Positions 1 to 9,095 are shown, counted from the first letter of the stretch. The stretch: DNA of 32,000 nt from Candidatus Saccharimonadota bacterium (GCF_025273655.1 NZ_CP045921.1:750001-782000); one strand, 5' to 3'. Program-made: numbers and translations. Notes: generated by a model from the sequence alone, not told the origin.

Positions 1-2
1 CG

Positions 3-1508
3 ATGCAGCATGTGATTGATTACGCTATCGACCCGAAAAACGATATTGACGTTATCCTTGTCAAATCCATCGACCGTTTCACCCGCGCTGGTGCGATGGT
101 GTACGAGCAGCTCAAAAAACAGCTCGAACCCCGTGGTGTCCATCTTGAAGACATGTACGGCGTGATTAGTAATGCAAAGATCAACACGCTAGAGCATCTC
201 GGTATGGAGTATAAGTGGAGCGTTACCACACCGTCACGTAAAACAGAGTTACTTGAGGCAGAACGTGCCAAAGACGAGGTACGCGATATTCTAACGCGCA
301 TGATTGGCTCGGAAATCCGCTACACACAGATCGGCTACTGGTCACGTGCAGCGCTATACGGATATGAAACGAGCAAGCTTGAAACCGTGAACGGTAAACG
401 AGCTATTCTTGTGCCGCAAACCGACCAAGCGCCTATTATTCGTAAGATGTACGATATGCGAGCCTCTGGCATCTACAGTGACGACCAAATAGCCGATGAA
501 ATGAACCGGCTTGGTTTTCAAACTCCAATCAAGGTAATTCGCGACAAGCTAGACCGGACTAAGATTGTGAGGCGTTCTGGCGGCAAGAAAATGACCGGCA
601 AGCTGCTGCGCGTCTATGTTGCAAAGACTATTTATGCAGGCGTGAATACTGAAAAGTGGACTGGCGATAAGCCGGTGCTATGTAAGTTTGATGGTTTAGT
701 GTCTATCGAGTTATGGAATAAAGCCAATCGCGGCAAAATCAGTATTGCACTCAATCCTGATGATCCAGACCACCCAACCGTTACCCGTGCGCCTAAGCAA
801 GAGAAATTTGCAAAGAAGAACGTATATAACGAGGAGTTCCCATATCGCAAAGTGGTGCTCTGTCCTGAATGTAGCAATCCGTTGCTTGGGAGCGCTTCTC
901 GTGGCAAGTCGGGCAAATACTACCCTGCATATCACTGTAGTCACCACGGTCACTATTTCCGCGTTCCTAAAGGCGAGTTCGATGACAAGATAAATCAATT
1001 CATTGAGCGCGTTATCGTCGATCCTGCGCGTTTTGACGAGGTTCTAAAGGCCGTACAGACCGTGTGGGAGCAACGCCAAGTGCGTGTGCAGGACGAGGGT
1101 GAACTACGCGATAAGAAGCGCGAGGAGCTTGAGGCTCAGATGCGCGTTATTGTAGACAAAATGAGGCTTGTGTCATCACCGACGGCAATTAAATACATGG
1201 AGGAGGACTTAACTAAAATAGAGCAGCAAATTAACGATTTAGATGCTCGTAAAGGCGAGCTAGAAACGCAAGGAGGCGTCGATATGCCAACAATCTTGAA
1301 ATATATAGAATACTTTGTGGAACACCTCAAAGAATTGCTCATCGACCACTGTAACCCGATACTTCGAGCACGTTATTTTGGGGTATTATTCGACAAAATG
1401 CCAAGCTATGCAGAAATAGATTGTGGAACACCAGAAAATGAAAAAGTTCCAGAGGTCAACGAGCTTTTCAAGCTTGTATTGTCTGGAACGTCTTCATTGG
1501 TGCGGTGA
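3..1508 (+). CDS. Large serine recombinase, 5'-truncated by the window edge
   Basis: The frame is open from the window edge. It shows the resolvase-domain tail (VILVKSIDRFTRAG), a recombinase domain, a Zn-ribbon (CPECSNPLLG...YHCSHHGH) and a C-terminal coiled-coil. The catalytic Ser region should lie upstream of the window. The TGA stop at 1506-1508 lies inside the tRNA-Leu 3' end. Confidence 0.85.
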   Translation: MQHVIDYAIDPKNDIDVILVKSIDRFTRAGAMVYEQLKKQLEPRGVHLEDMYGVISNAKINTLEHLGMEYKWSVTTPSRKTELLEAERAKDEVRDILTRMIGSEIRYTQIGYWSRAALYGYETSKLETVNGKRAILVPQTDQAPIIRKMYDMRASGIYSDDQIADEMNRLGFQTPIKVIRDKLDRTKIVRRSGGKKMTGKLLRVYVAKTIYAGVNTEKWTGDKPVLCKFDGLVSIELWNKANRGKISIALNPDDPDHPTVTRAPKQEKFAKKNVYNEEFPYRKVVLCPECSNPLLGSASRGKSGKYYPAYHCSHHGHYFRVPKGEFDDKINQFIERVIVDPARFDEVLKAVQTVWEQRQVRVQDEGELRDKKREELEAQMRVIVDKMRLVSSPTAIKYMEEDLTKIEQQINDLDARKGELETQGGVDMPTILKYIEYFVEHLKELLIDHCNPILRARYFGVLFDKMPSYAEIDCGTPENEKVPEVNELFKLVLSGTSSLVR

Positions 1509-1585
1509 AGAGGACTTGAACCTCCACGAGCGCAATGCTCACTAGCCCCTCAAGCTAGCGCGTCTACCAATTCCGCCACCACCGC
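1498..1585 (-). tRNA. tRNA-Leu (anticodon GAG), type II with long variable arm, CCA encoded
   Basis: I folded the reverse complement GCGGTGGTGGCGGAATTGGTAGACGCGCTAGCTTGAGGGGCTAGTGAGCATTGCGCTCGTGGAGGTTCAAGTCCTCTTCACCGCACCA by hand. It gives a 7-bp acceptor stem, a 3-bp D stem, anticodon stem CTAGC/GCTAG with loop TTGAGGG (GAG, G37), variable arm GAGC-ATTGC-GCTC, and a T arm GGAGG-TTCAAGT-CCTCT. Confidence 0.9.
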
Positions 1586-1591
1586 AAAGTG

Positions 1592-1600
1592 GTTATGTCA
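1592..1600 (-). promoter_or_regulatory. Extended -10-like element (TGaCATAAC) 6 nt upstream of the tRNA-Leu 5' end
   Basis: The minus strand reads tgacataac-cacttt-GCGG(tRNA +1). Confidence 0.3.
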
Positions 1601-1769
1601 ATGTGACTTTTGTGTCGCCACTGGACTTTCGCTTGTCGCGCTATCGCGTCTACATAATATTCACGTTTCACGCAGCCGCCACAAGAGTGGTTATATAGTG
1701 TCAGTTTAGTGTCGTGAGCGGGACATACTAGCAATTCCCTCTGGAATAGCTCAGATCATTGTACCGGTT

Positions 1770-3572
1770 TTACGGTGTTTTGTAAACAGGTGCTTGATGC
1801 GTCGACCAGTAAATGACATCGTTAAATCGGTCCGTAGCAGTGATAAGTGTCGTGCCAGAGTCGAAAGCTGTCGAGTCTTTTGTGTGCACATACGTCATTT
1901 GCGACTGGTAAAGACCAAGTGCCGGTGCATCTTTGAGCCATTGGCGTACAAATGCCTGGTACTTGGCGTTGCGCAGGCCATCTTCGAGGCGCAGTCTCGC
2001 ACTCACCAGCGCATCATCACTAATACCATTGCTGTAGTTTGAGAAATTAAGTCCACGTTCCACGGCCTGCGACGAATGCCAAAACGCATAGACATCCGGA
2101 TCGGCACCCAAATACAACTCGTGCACCAGCACATCGAAATCACGCGGCTGCAGCACACTACTTGCTAAATTCTGCGTAGGATCGCTTGTGTCGACGGTGC
2201 GCAGCTGCGCCTTGACACCTAGGCGACGCCACTGCGAGACCAGACTTTCCACCACGCCCTCGTAGTCAGCCCCCTTGATGGTCACGACATTGAGCGTCAA
2301 GACTTCGTCGCCTTTTTTACGCTCACCTGTGGGAGATTTCTTCCAACCCGCCTCATCGAGTAGCCGCTCGGCGCGTGTCTTATCGTAGGCAGGCTTGGCT
2401 ATACCCGAAACATCCGTCTGACTAGAGAGTATCGGCGTCTCTAGCGGAGATACTTTTACCGGCAGTGACTTGAGTGCGGCATTGATATCCGTGCCCGCCT
2501 GCAACGCCTGGCGCACCTCCACACTGCTTAATGCTCCCGTAGAACGTGTGTTGAAAAGCGCATACACGCCGGCATGCACCGGACTAAGCGAGGCGGCATA
2601 CGCCGGATCGTCCACAAACTGACTATAGTCCGCAAGAGATACGCCGTTGACCGCATTGACAGCATGGCTACGAATCGCTCGTGACAAACTATCGCTCGCA
2701 CCATAAGAATGCAGCTGGAAACGCTCGATCTTGGGCGTGCCACCATAATAGCTCGCATTTTGATTCATGTGCACGACTACATGCGCGTCTCGGCCTTGAA
2801 TATCTTGACGCAACTTGAAGCTAAATGGGCCTGAACCAACAGGCTGCGCGCTAAATCGACTATCGCGCAACGCGCCGGGAGTAATCTTCTGCAATATATG
2901 TTGGGGAACAACGGCAAATGTGAGTGCGTTTGGAAACGGCGCGTATGTCGACGGCAACATGAAATCAACAGTTCGAGTATCGATTTTTTTTACCTCGACA
3001 TTTTGCCAGCTTGCACTAGTTGGTATGCTGGTAGCTGGATTTTTGATCAGACCAACCGTAAACACCACATCGTCGGCCGTAAGCTTCGCATGATCGTGCC
3101 AAAGTACATTTGGGCGGAGCGTTACCCTATAGCGCTTACCTTCGTCGAGCACAGACACGTTTTCGGCCAGATCGCCGCGTAGCTTGCCTGTTTTGTCATA
3201 GGTAAGAAGACTGGAAAACATCAAGCGCGAGACAGCTTGTTCACCGGGTGTCGATGCATAAAGCGGATTGAGCGTCTTGATTTCGCCCCGCACGCCTTCC
3301 GCATACGTGCCGCCGGATCCTCCCGCGTATGTGATGTATGACGACTGAAACAAAAAAAATTGAGTTGCTGCAACTGCAATCAACACACCCATGCCGAGCA
3401 ACCACAGTGCAATATTACGCCGAACTTCACGAGCACTATGCAGCCGTTTGATAATGAAGCGATGTGCGTGCTTCACAGAAGCATTTTCGGCACGTTTCGC
3501 TCTCTCCGAAAACTTTCCCGACTTCACACTCAGGCGCTGAAATCGGTTCCATTTCTTTTCAGAATCGGCCAC
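1770..3572 (-). CDS. Membrane-anchored ABC transporter substrate-binding protein, family 5 (Opp/Dpp peptide type)
   Basis: The 600-aa ORF has a basic N-terminus and one TM helix (IALWLLGMGVLIAVAATQFFLF), followed by a large SBP_bac_5-like domain. It has a GTG start. It is co-directional with and close to secG. Confidence 0.75.
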   Translation of the reverse strand: MADSEKKWNRFQRLSVKSGKFSERAKRAENASVKHAHRFIIKRLHSAREVRRNIALWLLGMGVLIAVAATQFFLFQSSYITYAGGSGGTYAEGVRGEIKTLNPLYASTPGEQAVSRLMFSSLLTYDKTGKLRGDLAENVSVLDEGKRYRVTLRPNVLWHDHAKLTADDVVFTVGLIKNPATSIPTSASWQNVEVKKIDTRTVDFMLPSTYAPFPNALTFAVVPQHILQKITPGALRDSRFSAQPVGSGPFSFKLRQDIQGRDAHVVVHMNQNASYYGGTPKIERFQLHSYGASDSLSRAIRSHAVNAVNGVSLADYSQFVDDPAYAASLSPVHAGVYALFNTRSTGALSSVEVRQALQAGTDINAALKSLPVKVSPLETPILSSQTDVSGIAKPAYDKTRAERLLDEAGWKKSPTGERKKGDEVLTLNVVTIKGADYEGVVESLVSQWRRLGVKAQLRTVDTSDPTQNLASSVLQPRDFDVLVHELYLGADPDVYAFWHSSQAVERGLNFSNYSNGISDDALVSARLRLEDGLRNAKYQAFVRQWLKDAPALGLYQSQMTYVHTKDSTAFDSGTTLITATDRFNDVIYWSTHQAPVYKTP

Positions 3573-3579
3573 TGAAGTA

Positions 3580-3810
3580 TTACGCTCCTAGAGCAGGTAG
3601 CAGCAATGATGCCAAGATAGACAGCACAAACACAACTGCCACGATAATAGTGAACTCGAACAGGTTTTTGTCGATACCACGACGCGATGTAAACAACTCG
3701 CCCGAGCTACCGAATCCCGCACCAAGACTTGCGCCACGCTGCTGTAGCAAAATTGCCGTCGTCATCAAAATTCCCGAGCCCACAATCGCAATCTGTAATG
3801 CTGTATCCAT
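3580..3810 (-). CDS. secG: Preprotein translocase subunit SecG
   Basis: The 76-aa product has two TM helices flanking the Gly-rich loop LLQQRGASLGAGFGSSGELF. An SD (gagaggaag) lies upstream. Confidence 0.8.
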   Translation of the reverse strand: MDTALQIAIVGSGILMTTAILLQQRGASLGAGFGSSGELFTSRRGIDKNLFEFTIIVAVVFVLSILASLLLPALGA

Positions 3811-3812
3811 AT

Positions 3813-4205
3813 CTATGCTTCCTCTCTCTTTTTGATCACCTGGAGTTCCAAGGCGCTACTTACTATATAGTTTATCAGACTTAATAGCATTCCGGCAAAA
3901 ATCGAGTTGAGGAATGTCATCTCAAGCCCAGGAGTAAGCTGAATCGCGAGCCACACCACAAAGCCATTGACGATAAAAATGAAGAGGCCTAGTGTCACTA
4001 GTATCGCGGGTAGCGATAGAATAATCACCACGGGTCGAAGTAGCGTATTGAGAATCGAGAACACAAGACCAGCTAGCAGAAAAAGCCAGATGCTTTCGTC
4101 GATCTGCTGATCCGACACACCTGTGCCGAGCAGACGTACAGCCACCCACAACCCAAATGAATTGAGAAGCCAGCGGACTATAAATACGGCAAATTGACGT
4201 CGCAT
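3813..4205 (-). CDS. 4-TM membrane protein of the 'phage holin 4 / YvlD-like' family
   Basis: The 130-aa product has four hydrophobic helices and an N-terminus (FIVRWLLNSFGLWVAVRLL) typical of that family. Confidence 0.6.
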   Translation of the reverse strand: MRRQFAVFIVRWLLNSFGLWVAVRLLGTGVSDQQIDESIWLFLLAGLVFSILNTLLRPVVIILSLPAILVTLGLFIFIVNGFVVWLAIQLTPGLEMTFLNSIFAGMLLSLINYIVSSALELQVIKKREEA

Positions 4206-4217
4206 ACTATGCTTTAA

Positions 4218-4226
4218 AGTATATCA
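4218..4226 (-). promoter_or_regulatory. Extended -10 (TGaTATACT) 12 nt upstream of the holin-like start
   Basis: The minus strand reads tga-tatact. The TG comes from the TGA stop codon of the upstream aminopeptidase gene. Confidence 0.4.
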
Positions 4227-5438
4227 TAACTCTGTCTCGAGTTTGGCACTCAGATTACGGTGACCTTTGGCCGTGACGAGTATATCGTCTTCTATCCGCA
4301 CACCTATGCCTTCTTCGGGGATATAGATACCCGGCTCGACCGTGAGCACCATACCCTCTTGCAGGTATTTAGGACGACCTAGTGCATCGTGTACGTCAAC
4401 ACCCAGGCCATGGCTAATTGCATGCGGAAAATATTTTCGATAGGCGTCATCATCCATATCCCGCATAAGACCAAGGCCGAGAAGTGCACGCTTCATAATT
4501 ACATCTACTTGTCGGTGATACTCTTCGATACCAAGAAGCGGCTCGATGAGCGAGATGATCTGGGTCTGCGCACCTGCTACAGCTGCATGCACTTCCAGCT
4601 GCCGCTTAGTAGGCTTGCCGACAGCGTAGGTTCGGGTAATATCAGCAGCATATCCGTTCACGCGCGCGCCGATGTCAAGCAGCAGTAGTGTACCTTTTTT
4701 GAGCACAGCGCTATTTGTCCCATAGTGCAGTGTACACGCATTACCGCCACCCGCTACGATAGGATCGTACGCATGTCCTATCGCACCCCGAGAGCGGAAG
4801 TAGTGAGAGAAATCCGCCTCGACTTCATACTCGTGTTTGTATGAATCAAGTTTTGATTTCACTTCGCGGAATCCATCGATCGTCAAATTGATTGCCGCCT
4901 GCATAGCAGCAATTTCTTCTGGATGCTTAATCGCACGAAGCTCGGCAAGTTTGGGCCGAAAATCCTGCACCTGTGTAAATATACGCTGGCACTGTTCCCG
5001 CAAGTCATGCGCAGCGGGGTTGAGCGTGAAACCAAAATGCTCATGATACTGGGGTTGGTCAACAACGTAGATAAACTGCCGAGTGCGCGCTTCGCGGCGG
5101 AGAAGCTCGAGCGCTTCGTTTCTATCGATTACATCAGCAACACCACTGATGTCGCGCGCATGCTGAGCAGACAAACTCCCGTCGAACAGTGCATGAACCT
5201 CGTCGACTTCTGGTGATACAAGCCACGATTTACCCCGCGTCCCGTCCATAATCAACCACCAGTTTGCATGTTCAACACCCGTCAGGTACCAGAAATTTGC
5301 CTCTTGCTCGAAACTATGCGCCGCATCATTGCCTCGCTGCATTTCACTATACGCCGACACTATCAATAAACTGCCTTCGAGCTTCTGCATGGCAGCCTGG
5401 CGATTTGTTTCGAAAAATGTCGCGTCCAGCTTTTTCAT
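4224..5438 (-). CDS. pepP: Xaa-Pro aminopeptidase (peptidase M24B)
   Basis: The M24 metal-ligand motifs are present: LDIGARVNGYAADITRT, HGLGVDVHD, VEPGIY and IEDD. An SD (gagggaag) lies upstream. Confidence 0.85.
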   Translation of the reverse strand: MKKLDATFFETNRQAAMQKLEGSLLIVSAYSEMQRGNDAAHSFEQEANFWYLTGVEHANWWLIMDGTRGKSWLVSPEVDEVHALFDGSLSAQHARDISGVADVIDRNEALELLRREARTRQFIYVVDQPQYHEHFGFTLNPAAHDLREQCQRIFTQVQDFRPKLAELRAIKHPEEIAAMQAAINLTIDGFREVKSKLDSYKHEYEVEADFSHYFRSRGAIGHAYDPIVAGGGNACTLHYGTNSAVLKKGTLLLLDIGARVNGYAADITRTYAVGKPTKRQLEVHAAVAGAQTQIISLIEPLLGIEEYHRQVDVIMKRALLGLGLMRDMDDDAYRKYFPHAISHGLGVDVHDALGRPKYLQEGMVLTVEPGIYIPEEGIGVRIEDDILVTAKGHRNLSAKLETEL

Positions 5439-5453
5439 CTTCCCTCTAGCGTA

Positions 5454-6998
5454 TCACAAAAACTTTTTGATTTCGGTAGCTTTTGCCTGCCCAACAAGAG
5501 CCGCCACCTCTGCTTCTGGCGCCGCTTTGACTGCACGCAAACTGCCAAACGTCTTGATTAGTTTCTTGCGTGTCGCGGGGCCAATACCCGGTATATCCTC
5601 GAGTATGCTTTCCGTCTGCTTCTGCTTGCGGAGCACCGTGTGATAGCTCACAGCAAATCGATGCGATTCGTCGCGGATGCGCTGAAACAGCTTCACCACG
5701 TCTGTATGCGGATAGACCTGCGTGCCTGCACGAAGGTTGCGCGAATGCGAACCGGCATTGCGCTGACCAGGGTGCAGATTGACGACATAGAATTCACCGC
5801 TCTGCTGCACATCAATCCCCTCCTGTGCAGCATGCGCAAGACCATCGAGATATGTCGCGTCGATACATGAGCGTGTCCGGTGTACGATCATCTCTTCTTC
5901 GCGCTTGGCTATGCTGATTACGGGCACGGTAACTCCTCGTTCATCCAGTGCTTTTATGGCCGACTCGAGTTGCCCTTTGCCGCCGTCGATCAGCAGTAGG
6001 TCGGGCATACCCCATGCAGTAATATTTTTTGGACTCAGGCGCCTGAGGAGTGTGTCGTACATATTTGCATAGTCATCGTTTTGCTGCAGCTTAGCCTTGA
6101 ACTTACGATACTCGGCACGATCACTCACACCGTTGGTAAACACTACCATACTCGCCACTACGTTGGTGCCACCCATATGACTAATATCGTAGCCCTCGAT
6201 ACGAGTAGGTAGCTTATCGAGACCTAAGAGCAGCTTGATATCCACGAGTGCCTTGTCTTTAGAAATATCCAGAAATTCACGGTCGCCAAACATCACCCGG
6301 CGCTGCAACTCTCGCATGTGCCCAAGCTTGTTGCGCAGGTGTGCAGCCCGTTCAAACTCATGTAGACCCGCAGCCGTTTTCATCTCCTGCTCTATCTCGT
6401 TGGCAAGTTGTTTGCGGTTGCCTTTTATGTAGCTTACGAGCTTACGGAGATTAGCCTTGTATGCTTCGCTACCATCCTCTCGGCGAGGACTGAGCCCCAA
6501 GTCTTCATCCAGCCGCGACTGACCTGGTTTTGGTTCGCGGGTAAAATACGGAAATACTTTACGAAGATACCGCAGAGCCTTTTTGAGCGCGTAGCTGTTA
6601 TAAAACGGCCCGTAGTAATCTGCATTGTCATCGGCAGGATTACGGGTGAAACTGACTGTCGGCCACTCGCTCTTCATATCGATCCGCACGAACATCTGCG
6701 ACTTGTCATCACGCAGCAGTATGTTGTAGCGTGGCATATAGCGCTTGACCATCTCGCTTTCGAGAAACAGCGCATCGATTTCGCTTTCTGTCTCTACCCA
6801 ATCAGTGTCAAAAATTTCCGCTACGAGCGCCTGGGTCTTAATGTCTTTATCGCGTGAATCTTGAAAATACTGCCGTACACGATTGCGAAGTACCGCCGCC
6901 TTGCCAACATAGATAATCTCACCTGCCGCATCTTTGTGAAAATAGACGCCTGGATTGCGAGGTAAAGTCTTGAGCTTGGCTTCGAGTTGTGCGTTCAC
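5454..6998 (-). CDS. uvrC: Excinuclease ABC subunit C
   Basis: It has a GIY-YIG N-terminus (GVYFHKDAAGEIIYVGKA...RNRVRQYF), a UVR motif (FERAAHLRNKL), an endonuclease core (IEGYDISHMGG) and a C-terminal (HhH)2 (LEDIPGIGPATRKKL). It has a GTG start. Confidence 0.9.
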   Translation of the reverse strand: MNAQLEAKLKTLPRNPGVYFHKDAAGEIIYVGKAAVLRNRVRQYFQDSRDKDIKTQALVAEIFDTDWVETESEIDALFLESEMVKRYMPRYNILLRDDKSQMFVRIDMKSEWPTVSFTRNPADDNADYYGPFYNSYALKKALRYLRKVFPYFTREPKPGQSRLDEDLGLSPRREDGSEAYKANLRKLVSYIKGNRKQLANEIEQEMKTAAGLHEFERAAHLRNKLGHMRELQRRVMFGDREFLDISKDKALVDIKLLLGLDKLPTRIEGYDISHMGGTNVVASMVVFTNGVSDRAEYRKFKAKLQQNDDYANMYDTLLRRLSPKNITAWGMPDLLLIDGGKGQLESAIKALDERGVTVPVISIAKREEEMIVHRTRSCIDATYLDGLAHAAQEGIDVQQSGEFYVVNLHPGQRNAGSHSRNLRAGTQVYPHTDVVKLFQRIRDESHRFAVSYHTVLRKQKQTESILEDIPGIGPATRKKLIKTFGSLRAVKAAPEAEVAALVGQAKATEIKKFL

Positions 6999-7004
6999 TT
7001 TTCT

Positions 7005-7010
7005 AGTATA
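7005..7010 (-). promoter_or_regulatory. -10 box TATACT, 6 nt upstream of the uvrC GTG
   Basis: The minus strand reads gcgTATACTagaaaaGTG, with no SD. Confidence 0.45.
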
Positions 7011-7017
7011 CGCTAGG

Positions 7018-7491
7018 CTAATTCAGCACGGCAACGCCGATAGTCAGGTATATCGCGAAACCTACCCACAGTAAATACGGCGCAAGTAAAGCAGATGCGA
7101 CTTTACTCACCTTCGCAAACTCATGCATGGTCCAAATAATCGCACCAAGTAGCACAAGTATGATCGCAACGCCCATATCCGGCTGATGTAAGCCAAAAAA
7201 TACAAGAGACCATATTGTATTGAGCGCGAGCTGACAAAAAAACGCCACATATGCCAGGCTGGGCTTTTGGGTCTGAGCTGTCCACACGAGAAATAGCGCT
7301 ATCCCCATGAGAAGATACAGCACCGACCATACCGGACCAAACACTTCGTTTGGTGGCAAAAATGGCGGCTTAGCTAAAGTAGTATACCAGGTTGGTATAT
7401 TAGAGGTAGTTGCGAGTGAACCAATTCCTCCAGCAGCAAATGATATTCCTACAGCTGCGATAAATTGACCGACGCGCTTAAATACTGTCAT
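7018..7491 (-). CDS. tspO: TspO/MBR family tryptophan-rich sensory protein
   Basis: It has 5 TM helices and the motif PTWYTTLAKPPFLPPNEVFGPVWSVLYLLMG. I trimmed the start to MTVFKRV, 1 nt downstream of the gnd stop. Confidence 0.8.
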   Translation of the reverse strand: MTVFKRVGQFIAAVGISFAAGGIGSLATTSNIPTWYTTLAKPPFLPPNEVFGPVWSVLYLLMGIALFLVWTAQTQKPSLAYVAFFCQLALNTIWSLVFFGLHQPDMGVAIILVLLGAIIWTMHEFAKVSKVASALLAPYLLWVGFAIYLTIGVAVLN

Positions 7492-7492
7492 T

Positions 7493-8401
7493 CTACTGCT
7501 TGCCGTTAATATCGTGGCCGCCGAACTTGTTGCGCTGTGCAGCAAGCAGTTTAGTCGCGAAGTTCACGTCGCCTGCCTGAGACGCCAGCCGTACATCAAA
7601 AGATGCTTGAATAGCCGGCAATGGAATACCAAGATCCGCCGCCGTCTCAAGAGTCCAGCGTGCCTCGCCACTCTCGGCTACTACTCCATCAATTCCATCG
7701 AGAGTTGGTGATTCACTCAGCGCCTCGGCACTCAGCTCGTTAAGCCAAGAAGTGATGACACTGCTATGCTGCCACACTTCACCCGCACGAGCGAGATCTA
7801 TATCGGCAATTGGTCCTTCACGAAGCATGCGGTAACCTTCTGCCAGGCTTTGCATCATGCCGTATTCAATCGCATTGTGCACCATCTTGACATAATGTCC
7901 TGCACCGTTGGGACCAAAGTGACTATGGGCGCCACTAGGAGCGGCAAGTGTATCGAGAAGAGGCGAGACATATTCATAGATAGAGCGATTACCACCCACC
8001 ATCATGCAGAAACCGCGCTTAAATCCGTGCACACCACCGCTCGTACCTATGTCAAGCAGGTTGCAGCCTTTGGCGCTCACGCGCTCTGCACGCGCCGAGT
8101 CGCCACGATAGTCGCTATTACCGCCATCGATGATGTTACTTCCCTCCGGTGCAAGCGCGAGCCACTCGTCGATTGCGGTGTCGATCACATTGGCCGGAAT
8201 CATGACCCACACGAGGATTGGTTCGCCCGCAAATGCCGCTACGGCCTCTTCCTTGCTGTACGCAGCAATTGCGCCTTTGTCGGCCATGACTTTTACCGGC
8301 TCAGGGCTGCGGTTGTGCGCCACAACTTCGTGGCCATCCGCCAGTAGCTTCTCAGCAATTTGTCCGCCCATGCGTCCGAGGCCATCGATAATAATCTTCA
8401 T
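7493..8401 (-). CDS. gnd: 6-phosphogluconate dehydrogenase (decarboxylating), short about 300-aa form
   Basis: It has an N-terminal Rossmann motif (MKIIIDGLGRMGGQIAEKL) and NAD-binding plus 6PGD C-terminal features. I chose the start at 8401 because AGGAGGG lies 7 nt upstream. Confidence 0.8.
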   Translation of the reverse strand: MKIIIDGLGRMGGQIAEKLLADGHEVVAHNRSPEPVKVMADKGAIAAYSKEEAVAAFAGEPILVWVMIPANVIDTAIDEWLALAPEGSNIIDGGNSDYRGDSARAERVSAKGCNLLDIGTSGGVHGFKRGFCMMVGGNRSIYEYVSPLLDTLAAPSGAHSHFGPNGAGHYVKMVHNAIEYGMMQSLAEGYRMLREGPIADIDLARAGEVWQHSSVITSWLNELSAEALSESPTLDGIDGVVAESGEARWTLETAADLGIPLPAIQASFDVRLASQAGDVNFATKLLAAQRNKFGGHDINGKQ

Positions 8402-8429
8402 AGTACTCCCTCCTTGTTGGTGTGTGATG

Positions 8430-9095
8430 TCAGTCAGCAAAATCGCTGAAAAGCGTACTCCGTGGCACGGTTTTCAACGCTTGTGCGGGCTGATCTAATA
8501 GTGGTACATCTTCGTGCAGCAGCTGACGCAGCGCTGGGTATTTGTCTGTGCCGTGCGCGTAGGCTACTACCTCATCTAGCTCGGAAATCGCTTTTGGCGT
8601 CATAGTGACGCGAGCAAAATCAGCACCCATGAATTGCGCTGCGTACTCATCGCTTGTCACCGCCACAGTATGCGGCTTGATACCCGCCGTATGCCCATCG
8701 GCACCGATACCGAAAAGGCCGATTTTGTAGTCGTAGGTGGCAAACAACCGCTCCAACTTATCGCCGAAATCTTGTGCTGTCGTCTCGGCATCTTCGCCGC
8801 GCAGCACTCGATATGCGTTGATAGTACTCACATTGAAACCAAGCTGCTCGAGCTGGATCCAGTTTTCGTCTGGGTGATTCGGTCGACCATACCGCTCATC
8901 TGTCAGTGTGATGCATAGCTTGGAGGTATCGACGTCTTCAAGTCCCACCAATACTTTAGTGGCCACCTTCATAGCCGAACCACCCGGCACTAGCCAGAGC
9001 ACAGATTCGTCCGCCTGCAGATGGGCGACAAGAGTAGAAGTCAGATATTCGACGATTTGCAGGTCATCTTGTTCGGTCACTAACTTCATAGACAT
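8430..9095 (-). CDS. pgl: 6-phosphogluconolactonase (NagB/Pgl fold)
   Basis: The 221-aa product carries the GIGADGHTAG motif typical of Pgl/DevB. It lies immediately upstream of gnd. Confidence 0.75.
   Translation of the reverse strand: MSMKLVTEQDDLQIVEYLTSTLVAHLQADESVLWLVPGGSAMKVATKVLVGLEDVDTSKLCITLTDERYGRPNHPDENWIQLEQLGFNVSTINAYRVLRGEDAETTAQDFGDKLERLFATYDYKIGLFGIGADGHTAGIKPHTVAVTSDEYAAQFMGADFARVTMTPKAISELDEVVAYAHGTDKYPALRQLLHEDVPLLDQPAQALKTVPRSTLFSDFAD

Larger units (their letters stand above)
1..1585 (+). mobile_element. Putative right end of an integrated element (recombinase abutting a tRNA-Leu attachment region)
   Basis: The recombinase CDS overlaps the tRNA 3' end by 11 nt (1498-1508). 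The rest of the element and the second att copy would lie upstream of the window. Confidence 0.4.

Noticed and set aside
1588-1694. 9-nt direct repeat agtggttat (1588-1596 and 1686-1694) downstream of the tRNA region, as possible att-related repeats.
   Set aside because: It is short and of marginal significance. The first copy overlaps the putative tRNA -10 element, and the second may be a similar promoter-like box. There is no flanking evidence for a recombination site.
7493-8440. N-terminal extensions of track ORFs:
- gnd to 8440
- tspO to 7545
- LiaF-like to 9935
- DUF1697 to 11189
- MFS to 18117
- PhnB-like to 12480
- DUF2127 to 18439
   Set aside because: The extensions overlap the upstream genes or promoters and add non-homologous residues. 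The internal starts match the usual family N-termini and are preceded by an SD or a -10 box at the recurrent distance.
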